From Octopus vulgaris (Eukaryota): 64,000 nt of DNA. The position numbers and the translations under genes were made by a program. The stretch spans positions 87,792,001-87,856,000 of the forward strand of contig OX597816.1 of NCBI GenBank assembly GCA_951406725.2. Direction: 5' to 3'. This document shows, piece after piece, positions 41,330-58,393 of the stretch; the first letter of the stretch is position 1; each line of letters opens with the position of its first letter. Under the pieces are notes generated by a model, which was not told where the DNA came from, did not search any database, and was given only the letters and a program-made list of their open reading frames with translations.

Positions 41330-42295
41330 TGGACTGGTTGTAATTTATATTATTGTAGCCTCTGTATTTATATAAAGCTTTAGCGATAGAACTGATAAAA
41401 TTTAGACTTAGCGCGTTAATAGTTACTGAGTAATAGACGCGTAATAGTTTTTAATGTCTCCCTGTAACAACATAGGACATAATTTATAATAAGTGATTAA
41501 AATGAACTTATATTTACCTAAGAGTTGTTCTGTAAGGTTAAAGGAGAAACCTCTAATCTTAGGTAAGTTCTAAAGGTTGCTTACTTATTATATCTATATC
41601 AGATCTGGTCGACTTTATAAACTTTACGAAAGGATTTTTTCTGAAAATTTGATCTTATGATCTTTGAAAGTAAAATACAATTGTTTAAATCTAAGAGGTT
41701 CTGATCTAATATCTGACACTGAAATTTTTTTGTGGTTTTCTTCATGTTTATCGAAGCTGTAACCATTTTAAATAGGATTTTCATGATGGGATGGCAATGT
41801 TTTTAGAAGAGATATTAGGATGATTTTGCATTCGAGGATGACATTTTAAAGTGCTCAACTATTAAGAGATTCTCATTTATAGAACCCCATTAAGAAATCA
41901 AGAATTGAAAAGGCTGAAGTGCATTCTATTTGCTGAGTATTAAAAATTCATTCAAAATATTTTTGATAAAATGTAGCTTCTTTCGGTTATCATATAGCTT
42001 CTTCAAAAGGATATGAAAGAGATTTATAGACCAAATTATATCTATTCTAATCTTTTAAAGCCAAAAAAATCAATAAAACAGATATTAGCAAAGGGAGAGA
42101 AAAATATATAAATGAAAATGGAATATCATTGTAAGATAAATTGTATGAAAAATGTCTAAATTATAGAATTCCGTTATAAATAACGGTTATTAGTAATCAG
42201 TGAATCCAGTTATTGTTAAATTTAAATTTATGTCTGTGTAAATTTGAGCGGAAGGAGGATAGTCGCTACTAGGGTAAGGTCTAAGAAATTAGGAA
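41330..42295 (-). pseudogene. Highly decayed PLE 3' coding region (end of RT, linker, GIY-YIG/C-terminal region)
   Basis: Ordered minus-strand remnants NFLDLTL (42270-42290), DYPP, RIDIIW (about 42031-42048), KKSFRK (about 41622-41640) and a CPxC-like motif (about 41465-41480), as expected for NFLDVT/NHPP/RNIIWFNPP/SFR/CxLC of PLE ORFs. Confidence 0.55.
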
Positions 42296-42799
42296 ATTAT
42301 TTAAAAGAAAATAATAAAATAAAGAGCTATACACACGTATGATGTATATATACTTACACACACTTATTCATACAGACACACACATACACACACACACATA
42401 TATAAATGAGCTTTCATATTGGCATGAAACCAAGTATACATACGCCGTCGCTAAGTTATTTAATTATATAAAGCAAAATGGCCATAAATAGCTTAAAATT
42501 GTCAATAGAGTTAATAGTTATTATAAACGGTATGACAGAATAACAAAAGGCGCAGTAAAAAGCATCATAAATAATTCTTAGTATGTGGAATACGAAATAA
42601 GTGACTCTTTTATGAAATAACGGGGAAAGCAGTGAGAGGAAAGGATCTTCAAGATCTGAACTTATAGTGAAACTTTGATCTATGCGCACTATATCAACAT
42701 CTATTTACGCTTAAAGACTTATTGTTTATAAAATACTAACAATAGAGTTGTAATATCATTTCTTTAATTTCTTTTACTAGTTTCATTCATGTGCTCCCT

Positions 42800-43305
42800 A
42801 TGGAAGGCCCTTTGGCGCCACTGCTCTACCTTCCGGAAGAGAAAGCTCTGCATCTACAACGCATCAGCCCTCTATGGAGCAGAAACGTGGCCCCTCTCGA
42901 AGATCCTGGCAAAGAGGATCGACGGCTTCGAAAGAAGAGCCCTAAGAACCATCTAGAACAAAGAACTGCAGGCGTGTACGCATCAGTCCGTAGCCTCCCA
43001 CCTCATTGCTATCTGTCGCATGAGCTGGTACGTACAGGTCCTTCGTCCTCCGCTAGATAAAACTACAAGGGCTTTACTCTCATTCGGCGCAGCAGCTACG
43101 TGCTAGAAGAGGCCTCGTGGCAGGCCTCTCTCCAGATTGCTTGACGTGACTTGGGAAGTTCTCCAGCAGCTCGACGCCACCTTAGATGATGCAGAGAGGC
43201 TGGTACGGGACCGTCAGCGTCGGCGAGCACTGGTGAGCCTGGTCGGCTCTACGCATGATGACGTCTCTGGGATGGCCAACAAGCAAGAACATGAAGCAAG
43301 CAAAT
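42800..43305 (+). mobile_element. RTE-like LINE 3' fragment
   Basis: LYGAETWPLSKILAKRIDGF (about 42871-42930) and RPRGRP (about 43110) remnants, with a short (CAAG)n tail. Confidence 0.75.
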
Positions 43306-43496
43306 TTATTTGATTGCGACTATGCAGGGGCACCGCATTAAAGAATTTAGTGAAACAAATCAAAACTAGTACTTATTCTTTTAAGTTTCACTTCTTTCTT
43401 TCGATCTATTTCTGCCGAACCGCAAAAGTTACGGGAATGAAAACAAACTAACACTGGTCGTCAAACAGTGGTTGGGGACAAACACAGACACACACA

Positions 43497-43547
<51 letters not shown>

Positions 43548-44591
43548 CACACACATGACGGACTTCTTTCAGTTTCTGTCTAACTCACAAGGCTTTGGTC
43601 GGCTGGTGCTTATAGTCGAAGACATTCATCCAAGATACTACGCAGTGGGACTGAGCCCAGAATCATGTGGTGGGGAGGCAAACTTCTCACCACGCAGTGA
43701 TCCCTATATAAAGTAGAGCAATAGCCGAGTCATTCGCACGTTGGACAGATTGCTGTGGTTCTTTGTTGCGGCTCACCGCCCGCTGAGTTCAAATACCTCC
43801 GAAATCAACTTCGTCTTTTATGCCTTTGGGTATAACAGTTGAAGAAAATATTAGTCCTGAATTGGAATATATTATCTTGCTCTTCTTTTCCTTTTTATAT
43901 AAATCTTCCTTTGATTCTAGAATAAGCTGATTCTAGAATATGGCCTGAATGAGGATGGGGTCACCAGATCATTAAAATACCCAAGACACACCCTATGTCA
44001 TAACGGTGCAACTAAAACATCATCAGAAGTTGAGGAATGCGGCATGGCGTGACATGGCAACAGAATGTACATTGACTTAGGCATAACTATAAAATTAAAA
44101 AAAAAACAAACTACATACAAATAGATGACTTGTCGTTCAGTTAAGACACCTTCTGGTTCACTACGTTAGAATGCTATGATGCTATGACAATCATTGAAAG
44201 TGAATAATAGATTATTTCTACGAAGCAGCACACGTCGTAATCTATTATATGCAGCAAAACATACTTAGTTTTGGTGTGAAAACTTTCTTTTTCTCTTTTC
44301 TTTTTTTGTTTCTTTTCTTTTCATTTTTTTTGTTTTTGTCAAAATTCAATTTAAAGATTACACATGATTAGGAACTAGACTGTTGCGATATGGTGTCTCC
44401 TGTGACTGTCTATAAACTAGATATAGCTATCATGTGCTCTCTGCATTTATCGTATGACTATATAAACATTACATTATGTATAGAATGTTGTGATCCTTTG
44501 ATAACCCATAGCAATCTTCACAGCGAGATTAATTAACTTTACATATACAATATATCGCCTCGTATGCTATGTGTCAGAAGGAATAATAGCA

Positions 44592-44722
44592 CATACATAC
44601 ATACATACATACATGCATACATACATACATACATACATACATACATACATACATACATACATACATACATACATACATGCATACATACATACATACATAC
44701 ATACATACATACATACATACAT

Positions 44723-44755
<33 letters not shown>

Positions 44756-44830
44756 TACATACATACATACATACATACATACATACATACATACATACAT
44801 ACATGCATACGTACATACATGCATGCATAC
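44592..44830 (+). repeat. (CATA)n microsatellite
   Basis: Direct inspection. Confidence 0.95.
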
Positions 44831-45022
44831 ATGTATATATACATGAATGTTTATAGATATCACACTCATTTACATGTGTGCATGTGTGTGTGTGAGAGAG
44901 TGTGTGTTGTGTCTGTGCGTTTGTGTGCTTGCGCGCGCGTGTGTGTGTATGTGTGTAAGAGAAAGAAAAAGAAAGAGAAAGTTTTAAAATTTTCCCGTAT
45001 TTCTTCTACTCATATTATTATT

Positions 45023-46757
<1,735 letters not shown>

Positions 46758-46773
46758 TTTATTATTGTTATTA

Positions 46774-46823
<50 letters not shown>

Positions 46824-46875
46824 GTTGTTGTTGTTGTTGTTCTTGTTGTTGTTGTTGTTGTTATTATTGTTATTG

Positions 46876-46946
<71 letters not shown>

Positions 46947-49900
46947 GACAGAATCGTTAGCACGCCGGGCGAAATGCTTGGCGGTATTTCGCCCGTCGCT
47001 ACGTTTTGAGTTCAAATTCCGCCGAGGTCGACTTTGCCTTTCATCCTTTCGGGATTGATGAAATAAGTACCAGTTACGCACTGAGGTCGATATAATCGAC
47101 TAGCCCCCTTCCTCCAAAATTTTTAAGGCCTTGTGCCTAGAGTTAAAAAAAAATAATAATAGTTACTTTCTGTATAAATACTAATGGTTGGCAGAATCAC
47201 TGTAACACGAGGCAAACTAACCTTCAGCCGCTAGCTACGCCTGTATGGACGTTCAGTTTAGCTTTTATCCTTCCGATGTCGTAGCAGTGAAAGTCTGTGG
47301 GGTCAGCATCTTCCCATCTGTTCTTCCGACCGTCAAATCTGTGGTCAAAGCGGCGAATTACACTGTGTAACACGATTTTTGCCCTTGGGTAGAAACTATT
47401 ATTTCCTATTTGCTTTCCCCTAGAAAGTATGAAAAGTGGCTAATATTTCCTTCAAAATTAGCTTTTGTTACATTTATTCAGATCCCAAAGAATCTCAACG
47501 CATGTTAATGATGCTCCCCACTACTCCTGCTTATCATCAAAGATGCTTATACTGTCATTTCGTCTGCCGTTACGTTCTGAGTTCAAATTCCGCCGAGGTC
47601 GACTTTGCCTTTCATCCTTTCGGGGTCGATAAATTAAGCACCAGTTATGTACTGGGGTCGATATAATAGACTTAATCCGTTTGTCTGTCCTTGTTTGTCC
47701 CCTCTATGTTTAGCCCCTTGTGGGCAATAAAAAATAAGAAACGTTGGTTAAAATCGCTAGAGCATTGGGCAGAATGCACAATTGCAGTACTTCACTTTCT
47801 AAATTCAAAATTTTCCGAGAACACCATTGCTGTTCATCATTCTGGTGTCAACAAAATTAAGTACTAGAAATATACTGGGGTCAATGTAATAAACTATGCA
47901 CACCCTCACAAATATCTGGTCTTGTGTCTATACAAGAAATTCTTTTTAAAGAATTGTTAATAGAAGAGATGGCAAGACGTCAGACACTCTCACTCTGAGT
48001 GGCGTACTTTTGTACCTTCTTAGATTGATGAAGTAAATAATACTGAAGCATTTAGCTCAGTGTTTTTGACTATACACCCAAAGCTCTGTCCCAGGATGGC
48101 CAGAAGCCAATGAATGGAACCAGTAAAATTACAGAATAACTGTTTCCATTAAAGAGTGTGAATTTTTACTACGCCATTAATTACGCCACCTCTGTGTTCC
48201 TGAGGTGTATGCTGTATTTTGCTTTGGCAAAATGGAAGTGCTAGTGTATTATAAGTCTGTTTTGTTCTTTCTTATTTAACGTTGGTAATTTTAGTGCTGG
48301 TCTTGTTTGTTAAGAAATCCTTTTACGATTGAGAACTGACTGTGTAGAATGCGAATTGTGAGAGTTGTCTAAACAATTGGAATTGTGTCTTTAGATTGTT
48401 TGTTGTACTTAGTGCGTCTATGTTTTTGGTTTTTACATTTCCTTTTAAATGTTCAGTTCAATTAACGTCTAATTTATTATCGTTTAAAATTCAAATTTAT
48501 CAATAATGTGGCTGGTAGTATATCAAGAAGGGAGAAATTACTTTTTCACACAACAAAAGTAGTTGGTTTTCTATTGGTGCTTCTTGCTAAAATGTAAAGG
48601 AAACAGAAATTTACTTTGTCAGAAATTACTTTCTCCATTACATCGTCTATCATCTTTATCAAAGTATTTTCCCAGCTTTGAGCTGGACCGAAACGGGCAA
48701 TTTATTTCGGAATTGAAGAAAAAAAATATATATTAGGTGAGGCAGAGTAGAGAAAAAAATATGTAGTGTATAGTGAATATGCAAAGGACAAAATTGATTT
48801 CTTACATAGACAGGCTAAAGTCTTGCAGCGACGAGGTCAGAGACAAATTTATAATACTACACTATTTCTGTTACTCTTTATAAGCTCCTCAACGCTGAAA
48901 AACAAAGATCAACATAATGTATTGATATGAGTGTTATCTTGGTCATCTAAACAGCCTCGAACTTGATAAATGATTTACAGTAATTGAAACGTAAGAAAAT
49001 TATCATTAAATTACTAAATTCAGCAGTCTGCAAAAGATGTGTCCTCAGTACATTACGAATTAACAGAAGCGTCAAGTAAAACTCTTTATGGTATTAGTTC
49101 CGGATTTCCTTACATTGAGCTCAAATCCCACTGGAACTAACTTTGCCTTTTGTCTTTTCAGAGTAGGTCAGTTCACTGCCTGAATAATTTCCTCTTTCTC
49201 TTCTACTTTCTTGTATTCGCCAGAAGAAATGAGCTGTGATTTGAACTAAAGAGATATGTGGCGCCAGCAGGCTTATAAATGCTCCAGACATGTCGTTTAT
49301 CACGATGGCTTCACTACAACTCCATCAAGAATTGGGAACATAATAAAAGAAAGGAAAAAATTAATGGGTGCCTCTACTACAACAATTTTCAATATGTATA
49401 CCCCCTACTTCCGCAATTACCAATACGTGCAACAATACTGAAAAATTCTGTATGTGACCCCGCATCACACCAATTTTCTACATAGAAAATTTTCTACATA
49501 ATAGAAAATTTTCTACATAGCGGCATTTCGTCCTTCCTTACGTTCTGAATTCAAATTCCGTCGAGGTCAACTTTGCCTTTCATCCTTTCGGGGTCGATAA
49601 AATAAGTTCCTGGATCGATGTAATCGACTGTCTTCTTCTCCCAAATTTCAGGCCTTGTGCCTATAGTTGAAAATATTATGTACTCTATCTTCAAACTGTC
49701 TTCAAACTCCTCAATGTGTCCTGTCAACACTACACCACTTTTTATTTGCACCCCGAACACAACGAGCTAAGTTCTACCCTTTATTCGTCCAAGCTTTATT
49801 AAGGCCGATTCAAATGACTATATCATCCATCTTTAAAAACGTGCGACATTGTACGAATGTCACACAATGTGAAAAACCAATAGCTGTTGTTGCTCTTTTT

Positions 49901-50703
49901 GTTGTTGTTGTTGTTGTTGTTAAGCAACTGGACGGGTAAGGGTGATTAGGTGATGGTCTAGGGCTTAGGGGCGGGAGACCCCAGACCTTGGAAAAAAAAC
50001 AAACTTTGGTCGTCTTTTGTAGTCGAGGGTTCTTCGTTGACGCCCGGCACCACTGGGAGGTGGCCCTCGAAATCGCTGGAAATGGAGACCTCCAGGTCCA
50101 AATTCTTGAACGGCTGTTGTTGCTCTTGTCATTGCTTGGCCCCCCAATTCAGCAACTATCTAGCAGATTTTGATGAAAGTTGTCCTAGGTGTGACCATCT
50201 CGTATTTTCCTTTGTACACCGAATCCAAGACTTCACTCAAATAACTACCAGTAGGTAATCATCTGAGCGAGATTTAACTACTATTTCTAGCTTCTTGAGT
50301 AACCACAAACAGAGGTAGTTTATTTTATTTTACTTGTAATTCAACGCAGTATAGCGTAGCTATTGCTGTTGTTTAACCACAGGCCAGTCCTGATCGAGAA
50401 GACCTATGATCAAAATGATTTATATCAGTCATACAGTACAGTATAATTTCGTCCTTTTCACCATCGTGCATGTTTATTGCAATACATTTCCATAGCCTCT
50501 TCTATCAACGTCACCTAAACGTTCTTTTATTTCAATCACCAATTATCTCTTCTTGTCTAATTACTAATTAAGATTACGACGAACACCTTCAAAAATGAAC
50601 TCTTCTCACTATTCTTCCATTCTCCTCCACTTTCTATCTTCCGCACAAATTTGCTTTTTGTTATGCATTGTATTTTATTCTAAATTATTCTAAATTATTG
50701 TAA

Positions 50704-50771
<68 letters not shown>

Positions 50772-51750
50772 CATCATTATTATAATTATTGTTGTTTTTA
50801 CATTTTAATTATACCCTTGCTGCTATTCAACTTCGTTAAATTATAATTGCAATCGCTATTGAATGAAATTCGGAAATATTACGTAATTATTACAACTTAA
50901 AGTTGCACTCAATACCAGTGCTTTTGTATTTTGGCTAAACTTCAATATCCTGTTATTATAAAGTTTAAAGTTTTCAATTTAATTTTTTTTTTCAATTTCG
51001 ACGGTTCGACGGGTTATTTCTTTTTGATTGCGTTTCTAGTTTTATGTCTCGGCATTAAAATAAAATGTCCAGAATAACTATGTTTTCATAAGTCCCAAAT
51101 CAAAAACCGAATATTTTGCATTCAAAAATTGAAATCAACATGGAAAGAAAGGACCGAAATTTGTCATCGATTTGAATTTTGTTACAGTTTTTTGCTATTC
51201 GAGAATGAATGTTAACCGCATTTTACAATAAATCTTATAGAATTATTTTGGTTTTTCACCCATTAAACTTATTTCCAATTTCGATTTAGTAACTGTTAAA
51301 CCCCACCCACCAAAAATTATAAAATTGAACACCAAACTACTTGAATTGGAATTTTCAATTTTCATTTAAAGTTGTTGCATCTTAATAACGGTCGGTCTTC
51401 GCTGTAATAAGAATAACAAAAGATTTTTACATAAGCATAACACCACACATTTAAATCGACTCACTAGCACTTAATTGACACCAGGAGGATAAAAGAGAAA
51501 CGAAGGATTTGAACTTGGTGAGATTTGAACTCGCGACGTAAAGGAACGTTAGTAAATTACCAAAAGCCACAATATGTAATCCGTTACCTACGGGCAGGTG
51601 TGGATGTGAGGCAAGAAGCTTGCTTCCCAACCACACGTTTTGGGGTTCAGTCCCACTGCGTGGCACCTTGGCCAAGTGTCTTCAACTGTAGCCTCGAGCC
51701 GACCAAAATCTTGAGTGGATTTGGTAGACGGAAACTGAAAGAAGCCCGTC

Positions 51751-51814
<64 letters not shown>

Positions 51815-51842
51815 ATGGAGTTAAACGCAAGTGTTATTCAAA

Positions 51843-51946
51843 TCTTTTTACTTTCGACGTATGTTTCGAAGAAAACATTGGTATTATTCCAGAAGGAATA
51901 AAATGATGTATAAAGCAATGCAATCTTCTCATCAGGGAAAAAAGAG
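51843..51946 (-). ncRNA. Type I hammerhead ribozyme candidate, complete core
   Basis: Minus strand: TCTTTTTTCC-CTGATGA(51935-51929)-GAAGA-[about 50 nt incl. TTATTCC/GGAATAA hairpin]-TCTTC-GAAA-C-ATAC-G-TC-GAAAGTAAAAAGA; it ends about 30 nt from a (TA)n tract. Confidence 0.75.
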
Positions 51947-52463
51947 AAACCAAACAGAACAATAAGACATTTTCACAGAATTTGATGCCTGCATATATGA
52001 TGAAGGGAACGCTAGAGATTAAAAAAAAAAAAACGTTTGTAGATATAACGTCAAAGGTAGCTTGTAGAACGAGAAGGAGCAGAATGAAAGAAATTAGTAG
52101 AAAACTAATAGTGGAGAGATATAGAGCGATAGGTGAATTGGAATAAAGCTTAAAGGCTTAGAAGTAGGTATATTTAGTGGAAGGGAAATGTATGAAGACA
52201 GTCATATATATGCATATAATTATGTAAGGCAGAGAGCTGGCAGAATCGTTAACATGTCGGGTGAAATGCTTAGCGGTATTTCGTCTGCCGTTACGTTGTG
52301 AGTTCAAATTCCGCCGAGGTCGACTTTACCTTACATCCTTTCGGGGTCGATAAATTAAGTACCAGTTACGCACTGGGTCGATGTAATCGACTTAATACCT
52401 ATGTCTGTCTCCTCTATGTCTAACCCCTTGTGGGTAATAAAGAAATACATATATATGCATATA

Positions 52464-52495
<32 letters not shown>

Positions 52496-53390
52496 GTATA
52501 TATATATATATATGTGTGTATGTGTGTGTGTATGTATGTATGTGTATATATATATATATAGAGAGAGAGACGGAGAGATAGATAGGTATCGACATGTGTG
52601 TGTCTTTGTGTTTGTGTTTGCACCTCTCCGCCCGCCACCGTTTGGCAACCGGTGTTGGTGCGTTTATGTCCCCTAAACTTAGCGGATCGGTAAAAGATAC
52701 AGATAGAATAAATATCAGTCTTGTAAGTACTGGGGTCGATTCATTCGACTAAGATTTCTTCAAGGTGGTGCCCCAGTATGGCCGCAGTCTAACGACTGAA
52801 AGAAGTGAAAAAAAAAAAAAAACGATAAATGATCCTGATACTACCATACACAGCTTTGGAAATAGTATTGTGTTTCCGTTAGTACAGTCTTTAACGAGCT
52901 ATAATTATACCTGGGTACAATGGAAGGGTTGTTGAGCTAAAACTGGGTGGCATGGACTTCAGCCTTGTTTTCTGGTCTTTACAAAAAAATTGGTAACCAC
53001 ATGGTAAGTGCCATGTTTAAAAATAATAATGCTTTGACCTCATCATCAAAGGATTTGGTGACATTTTCATGGTATTTACACACTGTAAGAACGAAATGCA
53101 AGAAAAATTAGTAATTAAAAACCTGCATATTATTCCACGATTTTTTGAAATATTAATGTCTTTTAGAAATGCATGCAACATGAATCTTCTCTTCTTCACA
53201 TATGCATATCTCATCAAGTATAATTCCTTATTAAAATCATGTAAACAAATGCAAAGAATTAAGATCTACATATATATATATTCGTAGAAATATATGCCAA
53301 TGTACTTATCCTGTTCCAATAAATGTGTACAATAAGAATATACATAAAATACTCATATTCACATCACATAAATGTGTGTGTGTGTGTATG

Positions 53391-53608
53391 ACGAGGTGCT
53401 GAAAATTTCCTGGCTTTAAGGGTATCGCGAAAAGCCTGGTGGGAGGGCCTGATTTTCAGGGTTCTTTTACATAGTTTAGAAAAACTGAAGGACTCTTACA
53501 ATAAGTGTATGAATCTGAGAGGGGAATATATTAAATAAAATCACAATTAACTTATCCGCCTGTATTTTCTTTCACCCAAAGCCAGAAACTTTTCAGTACA
53601 CCTCTCGT
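53391..53608 (+). mobile_element. Mariner-derived MITE (internal deletion derivative)
   Basis: TIRs acgaggtgctgaaaatttcctggcttt / aaagccagaaacttttcagtacacctctcgt; the interior keeps the transposase C-terminus EKLKDSYNKCMNLRGEYIK*. Confidence 0.8.
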
Positions 53609-53658
53609 GTACACACACAAACACACATACATGTAAAGGAAGCATTCAGAATTTTAAG

Positions 53659-53734
53659 TAATTCTTTATTTAGCGCTTTCGTCCATTCGTTGGGACTCTT
53701 CAACGAAGGGACGAAAGCGCCAACTAAAGAATTA
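53659..53734 (-). ncRNA. Short fold-back with minimal hammerhead-like core
   Basis: Minus strand tTGAAGA-GTCC-caacgaat-GGAC-GAAA-GCGC-TA (53703-53671); arms 53659-53692 and 53701-53734 are inverted. Confidence 0.55.
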
Positions 53735-53931
53735 TCCAAAATTATTATGACTGTCTCTTTTTTCTTAATATACAAAATCTGTATATATATATATTTAAGT
53801 AGGTGAATGAATTATCCTAGTATTGATAATTCGGTTAACCGATACCTGGGTAGCAAATTCACGTCAGAAAACACGGTTGAAGCTACATGCCAAGGGTAGA
53901 AACTCCATGTTCTTGTGTGGTAATTTGTGTA

Positions 53932-54456
<525 letters not shown>

Positions 54457-54457
54457 A

Positions 54458-54871
54458 TCTATATATAGTGTGTATGTCTGTGTTTGTCCCCATCACACAC
54501 ACTTCTTCACAACCGGTGCTGGTGTGTTTATGTCCCTGTAATGTAGCGGTTCGGGAAAAGAGACCCATAGAATAAATACCAGGCTTTAAAAAACATAAGT
54601 ACTGGGGTCGATACATTCGATTAAAATTTCTTCAATATATATTATCTGTTATTTGTTTTAGTCCTTAGACTGCGGCAATGCTGGGGAACGGCCTTGAAGA
54701 AATTTTAATCGAATGTATCGACCCCAGTACTTATGTTTTTTAAAGCCTGGTATTTATTCTATGGGTCTCTTTTCCCGAACCGCTACATTACAGGGACATA
54801 AACACACCATCACCGGTTGTGAAGAAGTGTGTGTGATGGGGACAAACACAGACATACACACTATATATAGA
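54458..54871. repeat. 178-bp-arm inverted repeat made from the 3' half of a family C SINE
   Basis: 54458-54635 versus 54694-54871, one mismatch seen, 58-bp spacer; the right arm is part of a minus-strand SINE running about 54650-55070. Confidence 0.95.
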
Positions 54872-55379
54872 CATACACCCACACCCACACACACATTTAT
54901 ATATATAAACACAAATGCACCACGGACTACTTTCAGTTTCCGTCTACCGGATCCCCGCGCAAGGCGTTGATCGAACGAGGCTGTAGATGAAGACACTCAC
55001 TCAATGTGACATACAGTAGGATTGAACCTCGAACCATGTTGTCGGTAAACAAGATTCTTACCACTCACCCACACCTTCGAGCTATATAGAGATATGTATG
55101 AATATATGTGTGTGTTGTTGTTTTTCACATCGTATGGATATAGAAACTACGAGAACATGAATTTCGGAACGGTGAATCTCGAAGCAGATAAAGCTATGAA
55201 TATTGACCTTTGGATCGAAGAAGTCGAAAGCTACTCCTGCCACTCGAGCCTAATTCTGTAGACATGATATGCGTTCTACCACTAGACCAAAGCAATCCTT
55301 TGAATTCCTTTAGAGGTTTTAGAAATTTATTATTACCACCGACAGTTGTAAATATGCGTCTGTATGCACACATACACAC

Positions 55380-55432
55380 GTGTATACATACATATATATT
55401 TACACGTACAAACACTCATACGTATATGTATG

Positions 55433-55467
<35 letters not shown>

Positions 55468-55768
55468 ACGCGCATACATATACATATACAAATATACATA
55501 CACACACACACACACACTTATATATATACAAACACACACATATATATATATATACATATGTACATAGGTGTATATATGTATATATGTGTACATATACACA
55601 TATGCATGTAGACATACGCATATATATTTACACATATACATATTTACATATATGCACGTATACGAATATATACTTATATACATGTACATACATATACATA
55701 TATGCACATATACGAATATATACTTATACACATATACATACATATATATACACATATAGATACATATG

Positions 55769-55805
<37 letters not shown>

Positions 55806-55871
55806 GCACATACACATATATATGTATACACATATACATATATATACACATATACATATACATATATACAT

Positions 55872-55949
<78 letters not shown>

Positions 55950-56125
55950 GCATACACACCTTTATTCTATTAATGGTCTCAGTCATTGGTCTGCGGCCAT
56001 TCAGGGACACCAACTTCAAGTGCTTTTAGTCGATTATATCGACTTTGTCTGGTACTTGTTTTATTGATTACAAAAGAGGGAGGAATAATAACAACGTATT
56101 CTAACTCGCCACACCATACGCATAT

Positions 56126-56187
<62 letters not shown>

Positions 56188-56306
56188 TATATACATATAT
56201 ATATGTATATATATATATATATATATATCGTATATATATACTCATATATAAACATATATATATGTATGCATATATATATATATATGTATATATATATGTA
56301 TATATA

Positions 56307-56362
<56 letters not shown>

Positions 56363-56380
56363 TACATATATATATATATC

Positions 56381-56464
<84 letters not shown>

Positions 56465-56465
56465 C
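55380..56465. repeat. Compound (TA)n/(CA)n/(TACA)n microsatellite field
   Basis: Direct inspection; similar fields at about 13920-14670, 31530-31945, 32775-33320 and 57095-57530. Confidence 0.95.
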
Positions 56466-56567
56466 ACATCCTTTTCTCTCTCTCTCATACAAATACATAA
56501 AACACATTTGTAACTGTTTTGATATGACATATATGTGTGTCTCTGTGTCTGTTTGTATATGTATATG

Positions 56568-56603
<36 letters not shown>

Positions 56604-57092
56604 GTGTACATATATATGTGCATGTGTGTGTGTGTTTAGAAAATGAACAGATAGATTGAAACAGAGACAAAACAGGGGAAAGAGGTATAGGTGGACAATG
56701 TATGCTCAATATAGAAGAGAGTATGTACCATGTGTGAGAGTCTCCGTATTTGTGTATATGTACATATATTTGTGCAATCATTGTCGTGATATTCCGCGTA
56801 TGCAAGCATATGTGTGTGTGCGTGCGTGTGTACGTTGGCGAATGTCTTGCTCGCAAGATTATTATTGTCCTGTTTTATCCGGTCTTCCTGGTCTGATGGC
56901 AAGGCTCTAAAGGTGAACACAAAAACAAAAAAAAGAGAAAGAAAAATAAACAGAAAGAAAAAATGGGGTAACAACGTGAACATGAAAGAAAGAAAGAAAA
57001 AAGATAAGGTTGACTGTTTTATGTTGTTTTCCGACGTTCCTTCAACAGCAAATCAATGATTTCAATTAATCGATTCGGTCTTTCATTGCCAA

Positions 57093-57147
<55 letters not shown>

Positions 57148-57198
57148 TATATATATACATACTGACAGAGAAACGCATGAAGATATACATAAATATGC

Positions 57199-57245
<47 letters not shown>

Positions 57246-57483
57246 CATACATATATATATATATATAATATATATATATACATATTTATATACATATATA
57301 TGTATTTTTCTATATATATGCTCATATATTTACTGTTATGTATGCATGCTCATGTATATATATATATATGTGTGTGTGTGTGTCTGTGTGTACTAGTATA
57401 TATGTATATGTCATACAAATGTATGTGTGTATGCATTTACATGCATACATGTATGATACATATATAACGTATACGTGCATGTA

Positions 57484-57527
<44 letters not shown>

Positions 57528-58085
57528 CGCAATAATATATAATACCATGATCTGTGTGTGTGTGTGTGTGTGTATCTGTGTTTACGTATGTAGTGGGTAT
57601 TTGTATTATGAATCAAGAAGCTTTAGCTTGCAATAAAACCTACAAGCTTTATATATTGAGCCCGTCTTCGTCCGTTGTAAACACACAATAGTCTACAAAT
57701 CCATATGGGTGTGTGTCTGTATGATTAGTACAACGAGACTAGGTTGCATCCTAAGATGATGTAAGAGCATTAAAAGAGAACAAAATAAAAAAAAATAATA
57801 ATAACAATAATATAATATACAACATTAACGACGTATTAATATCAATGAATAAATAATCAATTAATATATACAATTAATAAACATTAACTTGATGGGAACG
57901 GTGAGTAGGCACAATTACAATAATAACATAATTACATTGACATACATTTAGAGCCTCCTATCCATATGTACTCTCTCACATGCATTGCGTATACGAGTTA
58001 CAGATGCACAGCATATACGCGCGCATGTGTGTGTGAGTGAATATATATATATATACCTATATCTATATCTCTCTCTCTCTCTCTA

Positions 58086-58193
<108 letters not shown>

Positions 58194-58357
58194 TTTCTTT
58201 ACTGCCCACAAAGGGCAAAACATAGAGGGGACAAACAAGGACAGACAAAGAGATTAAGTCGATTATATCGACCCCAGTGCGTAACTGGTACTTTACTTAT
58301 CGACCCCGAAAGGATGAAAGGCAAAGTCGACCTCGGCGGAATTTGAACTCAGAACGT

Positions 58358-58393
<36 letters not shown>

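Noticed and set aside
49473-49520. Three short tandem copies of aattttctacata
   Set aside because: Local slippage duplication without unique spacers; not a CRISPR-like array.
55333-56623. Long ORFs of 120-230 aa (also at 31275-32018, 33538-34053 and 44564-45145)
   Set aside because: They are YI/CV/HT-type translations of stop-free microsatellites, not proteins.
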